NCBI GenBank assembly: GCA_012295275.1
Contig: CM022670.1
Location: forward strand, 34,472,001-34,536,000
From: Chrysomallon squamiferum
Taxonomy: Eukaryota > Animalia > Mollusca
Direction: 5' to 3'
Length of the DNA stretch: 64,000 nt
The position numbers and the translations under genes were made by a program. The notes beneath the pieces were generated by a model. The model made no database searches. It was not told the origin of the DNA and saw nothing but the letters and a program-made list of their open reading frames with translations. Each line of letters starts with the position of its first letter. Position 1 is the first letter of the stretch. Shown here piece by piece: positions 24,330 to 36,758 of this stretch.

Positions 24330-27044
24330 ATGTAATTGCTTCCAAATTTCCAATCTTTAAGTGAGGTATCTTTAAGCTGGAGATTAATTTACATAGAATT
24401 AAGGTTAAAAACAATGGTTATGTTCTTGCTGATGAGATTTGACACAGAAAAAAAAAGTTAAATAAGGAGAAATAAAACGGCAATTTAGACATAAATGATT
24501 TAATAGATCATAGATATTGAACAAACAGTAAATCATTTACAAATCAGTTTATACAAATAGATTAAGAAATAATTATATGCTGCTCATTATGGGTTCATTC
24601 TCATTCACATTTGGTTCACTTGAAGTAGAAAGGGTCTCTCTTTGATTTATGAAAAATGAATCAAGAGTTCCTTGCTTCGCTTCTTTTCATTGTAAATTTC
24701 ATGATAGCAAGCATGAGATTATTAGATCTGCTGAAGCCTTTGTTCTTCATTGGAAATTCATATCTTGGGACTCGAAAATCTCAGTTGTTGATTTGGTGTG
24801 TCCAAATGCTTCGTTGAGACCTTTCAGGGTGAAGTAATAATCAGGAATTGCCTCTGTTTTATGTTCTTCTTCAGCATCTTCACAATGTTCTTCCATTTCA
24901 CTAAAATCTTAATTTGTGAGATCTTGGTCATGTGCTTGAAACAGATAATTTATGTTACTAGTAGAAACATCAAGTTGCACTTTATTAGCCATATAGACAG
25001 TCATTTCCATTTCATTTTGAACAGTACCTACAGGTTCTTCAAATCCCTCAGAATTGTCAATAAACTGAGGGCAGAGTGTGCCTGACTCCTTTCATATTTT
25101 TCTCTGTAACTTTGTTTTATGCTTCTTTTATTATTTTTACTGCATCTTGAACACTGAATGATTTCCAAAATTCTTTTAGTGTTGGCCCTTCTTCATCAAT
25201 AGTATTCATTAAGGTATCAAATGTTTGCCGAAGATAATAGCTTTAAATGTTGCTATGATGCCATAGTCCATTGGTTGCAAAAGTGCTGTTGTATTTGGCA
25301 GCATAAATACTAATCTAACATTAGGATAATGGTGATGAAGTGATGGTGGATGGCCAGGTGCATTATCTAAGAGCAATAGCACATGGAATGAAATATTTTT
25401 GTCGTCACAATATTTTTTAGCACCAGGTACAAAGTGATGCATAAACCAGTCTTCAAACAGCAAAGCAGTAACCCAAGCTTTTGCTTTCCATATGTCTGGA
25501 AGTGTATATTCTTGTCAAGGCCTTTAAGTGCTCTGGGGTTTTCAGCACAATGCACAAGTAGGGGTTTTAACTTACAGTCTCCACCTGCCTTACCTCCAAG
25601 CAATAATGTTAACCTATGTTTAGCTACCTTAAAACCAGGCATTGATGACTTTTCTTTTGCAGTATAATTTTTTGCAGACATACGCTTCCAAAGTAGGCCA
25701 GTCTCATCCACATTAAAAATTTGTGCTGGTGTGTAATTATGCTCTTCTATGATTTCTTCAAATGTTTTCAAGAACAACTTTTTGCTTCAGTATCAGCACT
25801 TGTAGCCTCTCCTAGTATTTTTACAATATGCCAACCAGCTCGTTTTTTTATATTTATAAAACCAGCCATTGCAGGCAATAAATGTTTTTTCACTGTCACC
25901 GTCATATTTATCATTAAGTGTCTTAAAAATAGGTAATGCTTTAGCACATATGACAGCTTGAGCCACAGTCATATTTGATCACTTATCCATACTGATAAAT
26001 GTTTTTCCATGTGAGGATTAAACCTGATTTAATGTATTTACCAGTTTTGTGTTCATTTAAGATATCATATTTTGTCTATAAAGTTACTTCTGTTTCTTTT
26101 TATCATCAGCATTTGCAGGTGTACTGTCTATTCATTTGATATACTGGAATGTTAAAACCCTGGAAGAAATTAAACTTTCCTTGGCATCCAAATACATTAA
26201 TTTCACAGAATCACTTTCATGTCTTCATGCTTTACAGCACATGAATTTGGAGCATTCCTTAATTGCAGTTGTTATACAAAAGTGTTTCTTGTTATCTAAC
26301 ACCAATACAAATGTTTTTTACTGGGTACCTAGCCGTGTTTGCAACATGGGCAATGAAAAGGCAAATTCTGCTGCTAAGTCTACTTCAGATTTGCCTCAAA
26401 TCAAGGTTAGTGTGCCTTACAATGATTTTAAACATGAAATTCACCAACATTTGTTTTTCAGTTTGGCAAGATAATTGAAATGGAGCAATTGTGAACATCA
26501 TACTTTTAAGCCAGTCCTGGGAGGTTGTCATGCTCACATTGGTCTTTGACTTGACAGTGCATCACATTTTGGTGGATGTGCAGTCATCTTAGGCAGATCC
26601 ATCCTGACCTTGTTTTAAAGTTTCTGAGAGTTACACAATTTTACTATAAATTATAAACTGTGATATTGTTTCCACAGCTCTTTACACTGTGCTTTGACTG
26701 ATTTTTTTTATATAGAAATTTTTACCAGTTTGTTATATTGACCTTTGTTTGACACACAATAGCTGATACATTTTTTTGTGCTGAGGTGTCCTTAAATATT
26801 CATTCATTTGTTGTTGGAAGGGTTAATTACAAAAGTGTTAAGTCTAAATGGAAGCAGAAGGATGACGTCTGCACGTCAGCTGAGGGAAGCTTTAGCACAA
26901 TTTAATGAAAAAAGAACAGACTTAGACACATGTACTGCACCCATTTGTACCAATTATTTCAAGCAATTAACTATTAAATTTCTATTTCTATAATTTGTGA
27001 AGAAAGATCATTTAACCAGGATATCGTTAAGCGAGGTATTACTC
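24330..27044 (-). mobile_element. Tigger/pogo DNA transposon, frameshifted transposase
   Basis: DDE_1 motifs YTPAQIFNVDETGLLWKRM, GFKVAKHRLTLLLGG, LLLLDNAPGHP, PNTTALLQPMD in two frames. Tigger-like TIR cgttaagcgaggtattact at about 27025-27043; left boundary approximate. Confidence 0.85.
26139..26801 (+). mobile_element. 5'-truncated non-LTR retrotransposon (RNase H-bearing, I/Nimb-like) inserted in the Tigger element
   Basis: RNase H motif FYWVPSRVCNMGNEKANSAAK (cf. WVPSHVGIxGNExAD). 3' end ...gtgctgaggtgtccttaaatattc. Direct repeat ATTCATTTG at 26130-26138 and 26802-26810 as target-site duplication. Confidence 0.75.
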
Positions 27045-29774
27045 TATTACTGAAACAAAACAAAAAAAAAAGTTTATATGGTACAGGATATTGGGGGTAT
27101 ATTTTAACAGACCATACCCCTAGATCTGCACCCATTGTGTCTTCTTTACAGAGAAATATTTATTCGATTAAAATACACCTATTATTTAAATTTTATAATT
27201 TAATTACTAATGTTGATATTTTTCAAAATAAATTCAATTTGTTCATTTTCTGTTGTTGCGTTGTTTTTGTCTTACTATTAATGCAGTTTTAAGGTAAATT
27301 TGAATGAACTTTTACAAATGGAATACACATCTTTTTCAAAAGCTTTGAACATGCTTGTGTATCAATAATCTAAATATTCCTATGAAGAAATTTGCTAATA
27401 TTATTTATAATTTTCATTATGCTTTATTAAATTACAATATTAGTTGCCTCAGAAACAGTGCTATGTTGGTTAAACAACTGCACACTTCAACATCAAACTT
27501 ATCTCAGAAAATATGTTCTTTGGGTTACACAACAGTTCTGATGACTTTGTAATAATTATTGTAAACATTCATGTGAAAAACAACTGATTTCTTCAAGTGA
27601 GTATAATGTAAATTCTGTTAACCCCCTATCTCTTGATTGCTGACTGCAAATCATAAAACAAAACACATGAATTGATATAACGAATGTATTTCTATTAGTC
27701 TTCGTACATTTCAGTAAAAATATTGTGTTCTTTTATCACATTTACAGTTTACAAAAGGCACTTGAGATACACATTAATATTACCAAAATATACTTGAGTA
27801 AGATAATTTTACATTTTTACACAGACAGATACATATGTACATGTTTAAATTACAGAAAATTATAATACACATTTCATGGTTTAAAGATTTTGCAAAACTG
27901 TTAATTAAAAGGTTATAGTTGAAAACAAATATTTTTTTAATATGGACACACAGCACCATGTATTTATGGATCTACCTCGATATTCACAAAATGTTAATAG
28001 AAATCTTAAAAATAAAACTTACAAAACAAAACAGTTTAATAAAAAAATATTACAATTAAAACCAGTACAGGGCAATTAAATAAACATTACAGATAAAAAC
28101 TAAATTTCTTCATGGCAGCAAATAAAATGTTTAAGACAAATATTCTTTGACATGATTAAATATATCTGATATAACAAAATATATTTTGATATGATTAAAT
28201 ATATTTTGATGTGATTTAACAAGGGTAATTGGTTAAAAAGAAAATAAACCAAAAATGCAAATTGTCTTAACTCATAACTAACTACTTACAACCTTGGCAG
28301 TTTTACTTAGGTAATGTCATTGTGAACATATTATAAAGTTTAAGCTTTAAGTACTTTAATAATTTTGATTTTCTCTGTATAATTAATGATATTACAATAT
28401 GTCAAAAACAAAATCTCTTATTGGATCATATTATTTATAAGTCTTGTACAATGCCTGTGTTGTATCTGCTTTTACCATAGTTCAAATTATTGGTGATAGT
28501 GATGGTGAGGTTAAAGTTTGTGGGAAAGGACAAAAACCATTATTCAAAACATGAATATAGATAATAAATTATTATAATCAGGAAAATATTATTTTGCACT
28601 GATGTTACTGATGAATAGAATTCTTAAAAATATTTTTATAAATTTAAGTGGTTTCTGTTTGGTGAAAAAAGATAATGCAGAGACATTTGTTTAATATTTT
28701 GATGCAAATTATTTTAAAATACATTATCAAAAATAAAAGATAAAGCAATTTTTTTTAAATTTATTTTATATTTTGTGTAAATTAATATATATCATTGATC
28801 ATTTGGAAAATAGTAGTTGTCTTAATTTCATTTAAATTATTAAAAATTATGGTATCTAAAAACAGAATATAGAAATAAATCTAGAAATAAAAAATATTAA
28901 TGAAAACCAGCTGATAACCATAATAAATTAAGAGTTATTAAATAAATGCATTAAATACATTATATCAAAAATAATAAAATAGTAAATTATGAGTTATGCC
29001 AAAAACATAAAGTAATAAATAAATTTTGGTTTGTTTAAAAATGTATTAAACTTTAAAATAATAATAATAAATACTATAAATAAATAAACAAACAAATAAA
29101 TAAATAAATAAATAAATAAAAATAATAAAATAATAATAATAATAATTGTAATAAACAGGGATTATTTTTAAAGATCTAAAACTGAAACCAATAGGGATAC
29201 AAAATTTTCAATTACTAGTTGTACATAAAATTGAGAACATAATAACAAAACAGAATCAGAAAATATTTATAAATAACAAAAATTAAAAATAAAAACAAAT
29301 GCCAAAATTTAAAATGGAATACATAATAACTGCGTAATTCTGTTGCTAATATATTTTTATGCAATGGTAAGTATCTGTAATGTGTTGTCCACATCAACAA
29401 ACAGATATTGTAAGAGTATCATCTCCATCGACTTGCCTAGGTTATCAAATACACAATGTGCCTGTGCCACAGAATACCCAGCTCACAAGTAACTTTGTGC
29501 CAGGTGGTATCAATGAGCCTGCCTAACTGACTTAATGCTTTGCAATTGCTACGATTGCATAGTTTACAAAATAATCAATATACCAAAAGAAAACATCTAG
29601 CTTTTGAAATAATGTGCCAGTGCCATAAGGAGATACCCCAGTTGACCAAGTATCTTTGTGCCAGTATAAAATAAAATATATTTATAGACAGACAGATCTA
29701 AAAGCTAGCCTACCTAACCTAATAGTTTTGCAATTGCTACGAGTTTAAAAAACAACAACAATAAACCAGAAGGA

Positions 29775-29893
29775 AGCACCAAGCATACCAAATATACAAT
29801 AAGTAGGTATCCAAATAATCAGAGTACAAGTGCAAGCACCAAGAATACCAGATATAAAATAAGTTGGTATCCAAATAAAGAGTGTACAGGTGC
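29775..29893. repeat. ~60-bp two-copy tandem duplication within a degenerate repeat region (29420-30000)
   Basis: agcaccaag.atacca.atata.aataagt.ggtatccaaataa.. occurs twice, 60 bp apart. Confidence 0.7.
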
Positions 29894-30865
29894 CTTAACA
29901 AATTAGTCAATTTACCAGTTACCTTTCTCTAAGTGCCAGTGCCATATACCTAGCTTATCAAATACTTTTGCAATAGCTGAAAGGAAGAATTATTTTGCTC
30001 ACCAAATAACTATTAAGTGTATAGCAATGACAGAAGAGATCTGGCTTACCAGTTAATTGGTAATATGGAGAAATTAATAATTACAACTGTTATGAAGGAT
30101 TAATACTAGAGTATAAGGAGGAATTACCTAGGTAACAATAACTTTGTGTCATCAACAGAGATTTTAGCTTACAATGTAATGTTCTGCCATGCTTGACAAA
30201 GGAGATATTTACTTTCCAAAACATAATTTGTATTATTTAATAATGGATATTTACTCTCATATACTACATTCAGTAATATTGCTTATCTAACAGTGCTATG
30301 TATTCAGTAATGTTAATTATGTATATACAACATATATGAAATGTAAAATGATAGCTAGTCAACTTTAACAAAATGTTACTTAAAAATTTCAAGATGAACC
30401 CTTGCTTTTGAAATATATAAATTTCCATCAAACAAAAAGGTAAAAAAAACTTTAAAATAATTGAGAAATAGATTTTGATTAGGAAAAAAATAAAAATAAA
30501 TCTGTCAGTATTTCAAAAAGTGTAACTACTAACAAAAACAGTGAATTCTCCTGATATCACATAACATTAAAAAAAAAAAGATATTTCATTACATTTAATG
30601 CTGTAATTTGTTTAAAAGTCCGTTACAGACCAACTCTTTTTGTAAAACATTCAAACAAATAACAAAAATCAAAATAAAGTTTAACTGCAGAAATATTAAC
30701 AAACAGTAAAATCTGTATAGATGTCCACGATTACTTAAATTGATTTGATAACTAACAATATTCACGACATATATAAATGTTAAAAAAATACAAAACACAC
30801 AATGACTACTTATTTCTGTTACCATTGATAAACAATATGATATATCTATCTCAGCTATCTAAAAG

Positions 30866-32243
30866 CTATCTTGCTTGCCGAGAAGATGATCTGGAATCTT
30901 TGCGTCCAGCCACATGCCCATCAGGAATGTTTAACCGAAAAATTTCACTACACACAAAATTATTTTTCCCACTTACTCCACCGTGAATAAAAACATCAGA
31001 TCCATTTGTACAGCAAACATGTCCAGACCTGCACACCTTTGCTTGTTCCAAGTTTGAAAAACTTGATAGCAGGTTTAAATGTAATAAAAAACATTTCTCC
31101 AACAGGTTCGCGCGATTTCCCGTCAAATGTGTCGCCTCCGTGTAGGAAAATTCCACAAGGAGCAGACGCAGTGATGTGATGCTTCCGTCCACAAGGATGT
31201 TTAGACATGGGATCCAGCGATTCGACAATGGGAACAATTTTATCCAAGCAAGAAGCGGAGGGGTTAAGATAGGTTGTAAAACCTGGCTGAATCTCGAGAA
31301 TCTTGTCCCCACGTCCTCCGATGATGACCAGATTTGACCCAGTCACATCAGACGTGTGACCTGACCTTGACGTAACACTGCGACTGAATTCAACGTAACT
31401 GAAACCTTTCTTCATATTCCCTTGAAGCAGAAACGCATTCCCCGTCCTTCGCTGCATGCGCAGACTTCCCTCGCGTCCCAGAATCAAGATTTCTCCCTTG
31501 GCAAGGGGCGTGGCAGTGTGCGAACTTAGCCCGGCGTCGTGCGGAAACCCCGCACAGCGTGGAACAATCCAGAACTCCTTCTCTGTGTCGAATGCAAAGA
31601 TTTCACCACTTCTTTTTTTCCCGTTCCAGCCACCTATGAGTAAGATGAAGCGGTTTTCGAGGACGACACATGTGTGGTGGCTCAGTGCAGGACTTCCTGG
31701 GACTCTGACTTCGTTCCATAGTCTGTCGTCAAGACTGAGTTTGTACAGCTTGTCAGATGGTGACGTGCTGCCTGAAAAATATAGATCTGTTACGTTGCAG
31801 AAGTGTTTTGACACACACGTACACATGTATGTTATTTTATTATATGTGTGTGTGTTTGTATATACATAGATACATGTGTATGTGTGTGTATATAAATATA
31901 ATTTTTTATTATGTGTGTGTGTGTGTGTGTGTGTGTAAATACATACTAGTATCCATTCTTATACAGGTGATGCATGTGTAATCACACACACACACACACA
32001 CACATCTATCCTCCTATTTAATTTATTTTATTTTGTTTTATTATCTACATTTTAATTATGTACATTTTCAGATCTGTCTGTTAAAGTTTTTAATATTTAA
32101 CTGCACTAACCATATTGTGAAATTCCACCATGGATGTAGAAACAGCTGTTAATGATACAACCAGTGTGAAATGCTAGGGCAGGACCTGCAGGAACCAACA
32201 CCTCCCACTCAACCAGGGTCAGAGAACCAGAACTTGATGCCAT
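30866..32243 (-). CDS. KLHDC9: Kelch domain-containing protein 9 homolog, with an apparent +1 frameshift near 31037
   Basis: Exon 32243-32111 (MASS...WEVLVPAGPALAFHTGC...IHGG) plus exon 31771-30866. Motifs GSPALSHH, IGGWNGKKR, AGLSSHT, GREGSLRMQRR, SRSGH, GRKHH, HGGDT. The last kelch repeat (CRSGHVCC...FIHGG) is in a shifted frame. Confidence 0.88.
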
Positions 32244-32849
32244 ATCTATATTCAAAATAAAATTTTAACTGATTATTAAAAAAGGTAAACGTTTGTCATT
32301 TCATCTATCTATCTATCCATTTACCTACCTATCTATATCAGCTAAAATTTTATACATTACACATACATAGTCATTCTACAAATCAACCCAGGATAACACA
32401 AAATCAAACTTTTGTCAATAAATTTCTTATTATGAATGATTGTTTTCGTTTTATTATGTCAGTATTTCATTCTTTTTACAACATTTATTGTTTTTATTTC
32501 CCATCTCCACCCCGTACTCAGTGGAAACAGTGACGGCAATATTTGTTTCGTAAAACAGGGCCTAGTGATTTCTTCCAAATTTCTTATTAATATGGCATTA
32601 AATATAATTATGCAACAAATATATATTGTTACCTATGAAACTTCTGTTTACTACATTTTGGGATTTTCAGCAATTAAAATAACGTAACTGTTCATTTTTC
32701 CATTCAGAATTCATGTTTTATAGTTTCAGCACGATTTGACGATACTTATTAACAAACAACAAGAAACATATAAAACGCCTGCTAAAGTTATCGATGAATA
32801 ATTGATTTTAAATAATATAATTTTCCAGTATTTAAAATCTACTGGATTA

Positions 32850-33057
32850 TGAATATAAAAACTGTAACATGTATTTTCTTCTCCAGTTGCGAAAGACGCT
32901 AATCACGTTTCCAACCAAGGAAGACATTTTGCTAGAGCCCGTATGTACCATCGTTTCCCATAATGCTTTAGACAATCGAGAAGCGCTAAAAGTGGTGGTA
33001 ACGTAATATAAAAAAAACTTATAGTGTTGTAGTTAAAAGAGGTGTTCATAATTAAAG
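32850..33057. promoter_or_regulatory. Probable bidirectional promoter between KLHDC9 and ZNF800-like
   Basis: CpG-richer patch between divergent genes. ZNF143/Staf-core-like TTTCCCATAATGC at 32954-32966; donor AAAG|gtatgt at 33057. Confidence 0.4.
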
Positions 33058-34626
33058 GTATGTATAACTTGCAGTCGTGCATTTTTCTTTTCTATTTAGT
33101 CGAATTGTAGGCATTATATTTCAATTATAGCCCGCAATTTCTAAAACAAACCGGTGCAATTGTGCTGGCTCACCCAAAATGTCCGTCGTCAAGTTGGAAA
33201 TTTTATCATCACGCATGTCTGATAATAAGTTAGTGACATCGTAATTATTTTTTGTTTTGCTGTAATTATGAGAATAAATTAAAAATGATTTCTTGGTGTT
33301 ATGATATATTTAGGAATCTCCTATGAGTTAATTGAACATTTTAATTTTTAAATACATTTTTCATTTCCGCTTCTCCATGTTGTGCCAAACTTATTTAGTC
33401 TGTGTTTTAAGATGCACATAGACAAATTATTATTTAAAAACATTTTATTCAATGTTTTCAATATGTTAGTATATGAATATGACGGTGTTTAATTTAGATG
33501 ATAGGCTTTGTTCAAGTTAACGTTGAAACATATGACATTCTTATATATTATTACATAATATAAATATTAATACAAACTGTTGAGATTCATTTAACATTGG
33601 TTTATAAAAGTAATAATAAATAAAACTAAAATTCTAGCATTAAGAAATAATTATAATAATTATTACAGATTTCGTAGATAAATCAACAAACACTGTAATA
33701 GTTATAGCAACAAAGAACATTTGTTTTATTTATAAAATATATTAAGATCTTTAAGATGACAAGCCTAAAAAAAAATTTAAAGAAAGAAAGAAACTGTTTC
33801 ATAAAAGTTAAACAAATTTAATTTCAGACTGATGTCTAATGCATTTTCTTTTTTATAATTATTATTTTTTTAATTTTAATTATTAAAATAAAAATTTTAA
33901 GGCAATAACAAAACATTGGTTATTTCACTGCTGCATTATTTCTTTCTTATTCTTTCAATAGTTGATAAGTTACAAAAGTTATTTATTTGATATATCTTTC
34001 TATGTATATACATCATATTCTTTTGATATCAATATTTGTCAACCAATATAAAATAATACTTACGAAATATTTGTTTAAGAAAGAAAACATGTATTAATGG
34101 TTAGATATTTTTATTATTATCAGTAGTAGTAATAGTAGTAGTAGTAGTAGTAGTAACGGCAGTAGTAGTTGTTTTGCTATTATTATTGTTATTGTTGTTA
34201 TTATTATTATTATAAATCTGACATCTTTTATATACCTTGAGATGACAGACTAGAATTGTTATATCAGTATTTAGTTGTGTGACAATACAACTTAATCTGG
34301 AAATGACCACAAAGAAGTACAAGTACAAAAAAAAAAAATCTTGCGATGATGACACAGTTGTTAATTTGTTACATAACAAACATTCATAGCAGAAATGTTC
34401 AATTTGTGTACAAACATCGAATACATGCAGCTTCCACTTCTATTTATTTTTCAATATTGAGAATGTAAATAATACTATGTATGCAACCAAAATGCCATTC
34501 CGCTATCCTTACCGAATATTCAATATTTTGGATTCCTGATTTAAAAATATCATCTCTGCAAATGAAATTTTCAGCCGTCCAGTAACTGGGTACTGCATGA
34601 AATTATTAATTAACAGTGACTGATTG

Positions 34627-34860
34627 TTGTAGATAACCTATTTGATATGTGTATTGAGTTATCTGTGAATCTTTGATGTAAATAAACTTTTTGATTCATG
34701 TGTTGAGTTCTGTGTGATTCTTTGATGTAAATAAACTTTTTGATTCATGTGTCGAGTTACATGTTTTTCTATGATATGGATACACTGTTTGATTCATATA
34801 TTGTGTTGTATATGATTCTTTGATGTAGATAAACTGTTTGATTCATGTATTCGGATTATC
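34627..34860. repeat. ~49-bp minisatellite, about 5 degenerate copies
   Basis: Unit ctttgatgtaaataaactttttgattcatgtgttgagttctgtgtgatt recurs at 34671 and 34720, with decayed copies on both sides. Confidence 0.8.
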
Positions 34861-36758
34861 TGATGTCAGCATCTTCCTGATAATGGAATCAGTCAACCTT
34901 TTTTCTGTTTTGTTTTTCAGAAGGTGAATTTGTAGATTAAAACGCTCACTCATTCATTTATTTATTTAACCATGGATCAATTCTCATTTTGGTCTTACGT
35001 TATGTTATTTCCTGTTCTGATGATTTTTTAAATATTTTGTTTATCAAAGACTATGGTAGGTCTTGTCCTGTTTGAGGAAAGTGTATTTTTGTTTTTCAAC
35101 TTTTGGTTCTCTTTTTGTCTTGTTTTTCCTCTACCAGTCTTCTCTGAAACCAGTGTTCCCTGGAGCTTAGCTGGAGATTGCTATTATTAGACAGTTCAGT
35201 CACATATACCAGCAACTGTACAGAGTGATGGGTGTCTGATATCTTGGCTTTTGTATTGATTTAAAAATGGCTGGTGAAATCTGAAGGGTTAATTTTTGTC
35301 ACTTCTGATGGAAAGAATATCGAAGGTCTTTTCTTGACCAACTAACATAGTGGAAGAGTTATTAGATATTTGATAGTGATAACTGTTGAGAGAAAATACT
35401 CTAGCATAGTACTTCAGTTAAGTAAGAAAATTTAAAGATTTATTTACTAGTGTGTATTGAAATTAGTTCTAGTATAGTAATATAGTTAAGTAAAACTTTT
35501 AAATAGATTTATTTATTACTGTATATTGAAAATTTACTTCTAGTATAGCAGTATTCTTAAGTAAAATTTTGTATTCAGTTTTATTCATACTGTTGACTGA
35601 AAATACTTATAGTATAGAAGTATTCTCAAACTTTTTAAACACATTTACAAAGAACATTAATACTGACATATATATATTTTTTATTTTTTCAAATATGATT
35701 TCTTGATTTGCTATATCAATATATACTCACATGTTATTTTCTGAAATAAATGCTGATATTTTTAGTAATGAACATACCTGTGTGTATGTGTGTTCATATA
35801 TGTTAAGTCTAATATAAAATATACGTGAATAAATCATAATGTTAAACAATCAGTTTAATGTTCATACAAGGACTGACCAGTGTTGAATATAAAGCCTGAA
35901 CTTAGCACTGTTTGATGCAAGATTGATTGGCAAGGTCTCAGTTTGGCACATTTTCTGTTATGTTGACACGAGTTGTTTGAAGAACTTCAGAGAAGAAAAA
36001 TATGAAACCTTAACAGTCGTATTCAGATTTTATTAATAATTAGAAAAACATTATTTTGTATCTAGTCAGATTTATTTATGTTTTGTTTGTTGTTTGTTTA
36101 CTTATTTATTTATTTAATTGAAAAATATTTTTTAATGTACTGAGATGGGCCGACCTTTCAGAATTTATCTTTGAATGATTCATAACTTATGTAAGAAGAG
36201 AGTGCTTTAAAAATATTTTTGTAAATGTCAAAACAAAATGAATGTCACTAATATATTGTTGATACTATTATTATTATATTCAGCATCATTATCATTGTTG
36301 CTCTTTATGTAATTATTGTTGTTGTTGTTATCTAAAGATCTGTAAACGTAAATATATTTAATATTCTAAAATGTGTATGAAAGACATTAAAAAGGTTGAA
36401 TCTGATTTGTTTAAGAAATCTGTATTAATGTAAATGATCAAACTAATATTTTTTGCCATTTTATTTTTAAATCTGATATATTTTACATTCTTTGAAATAA
36501 CATGATTTAAACCAAAAACTTTTTTTTTTTTGCTGATATAGGATGTTAAAATGGAGACTGTTATTATTTGAAATGACTAAGCTAAGTCTTTTTTCTTCTT
36601 TTATTTCTATCTTTTTTCTTTCGTTTTTTTTTATAAATAATATGCTGTAAAATTGAGATTTAGTTTTTTTTTAAAGACAATTTTTGTTTTAAAAAAAGGT
36701 CACTATGTAGTAAAACTGTTTTTCCATGTTTTTCAGGTTTGTTTGACGCTTGTACGCG

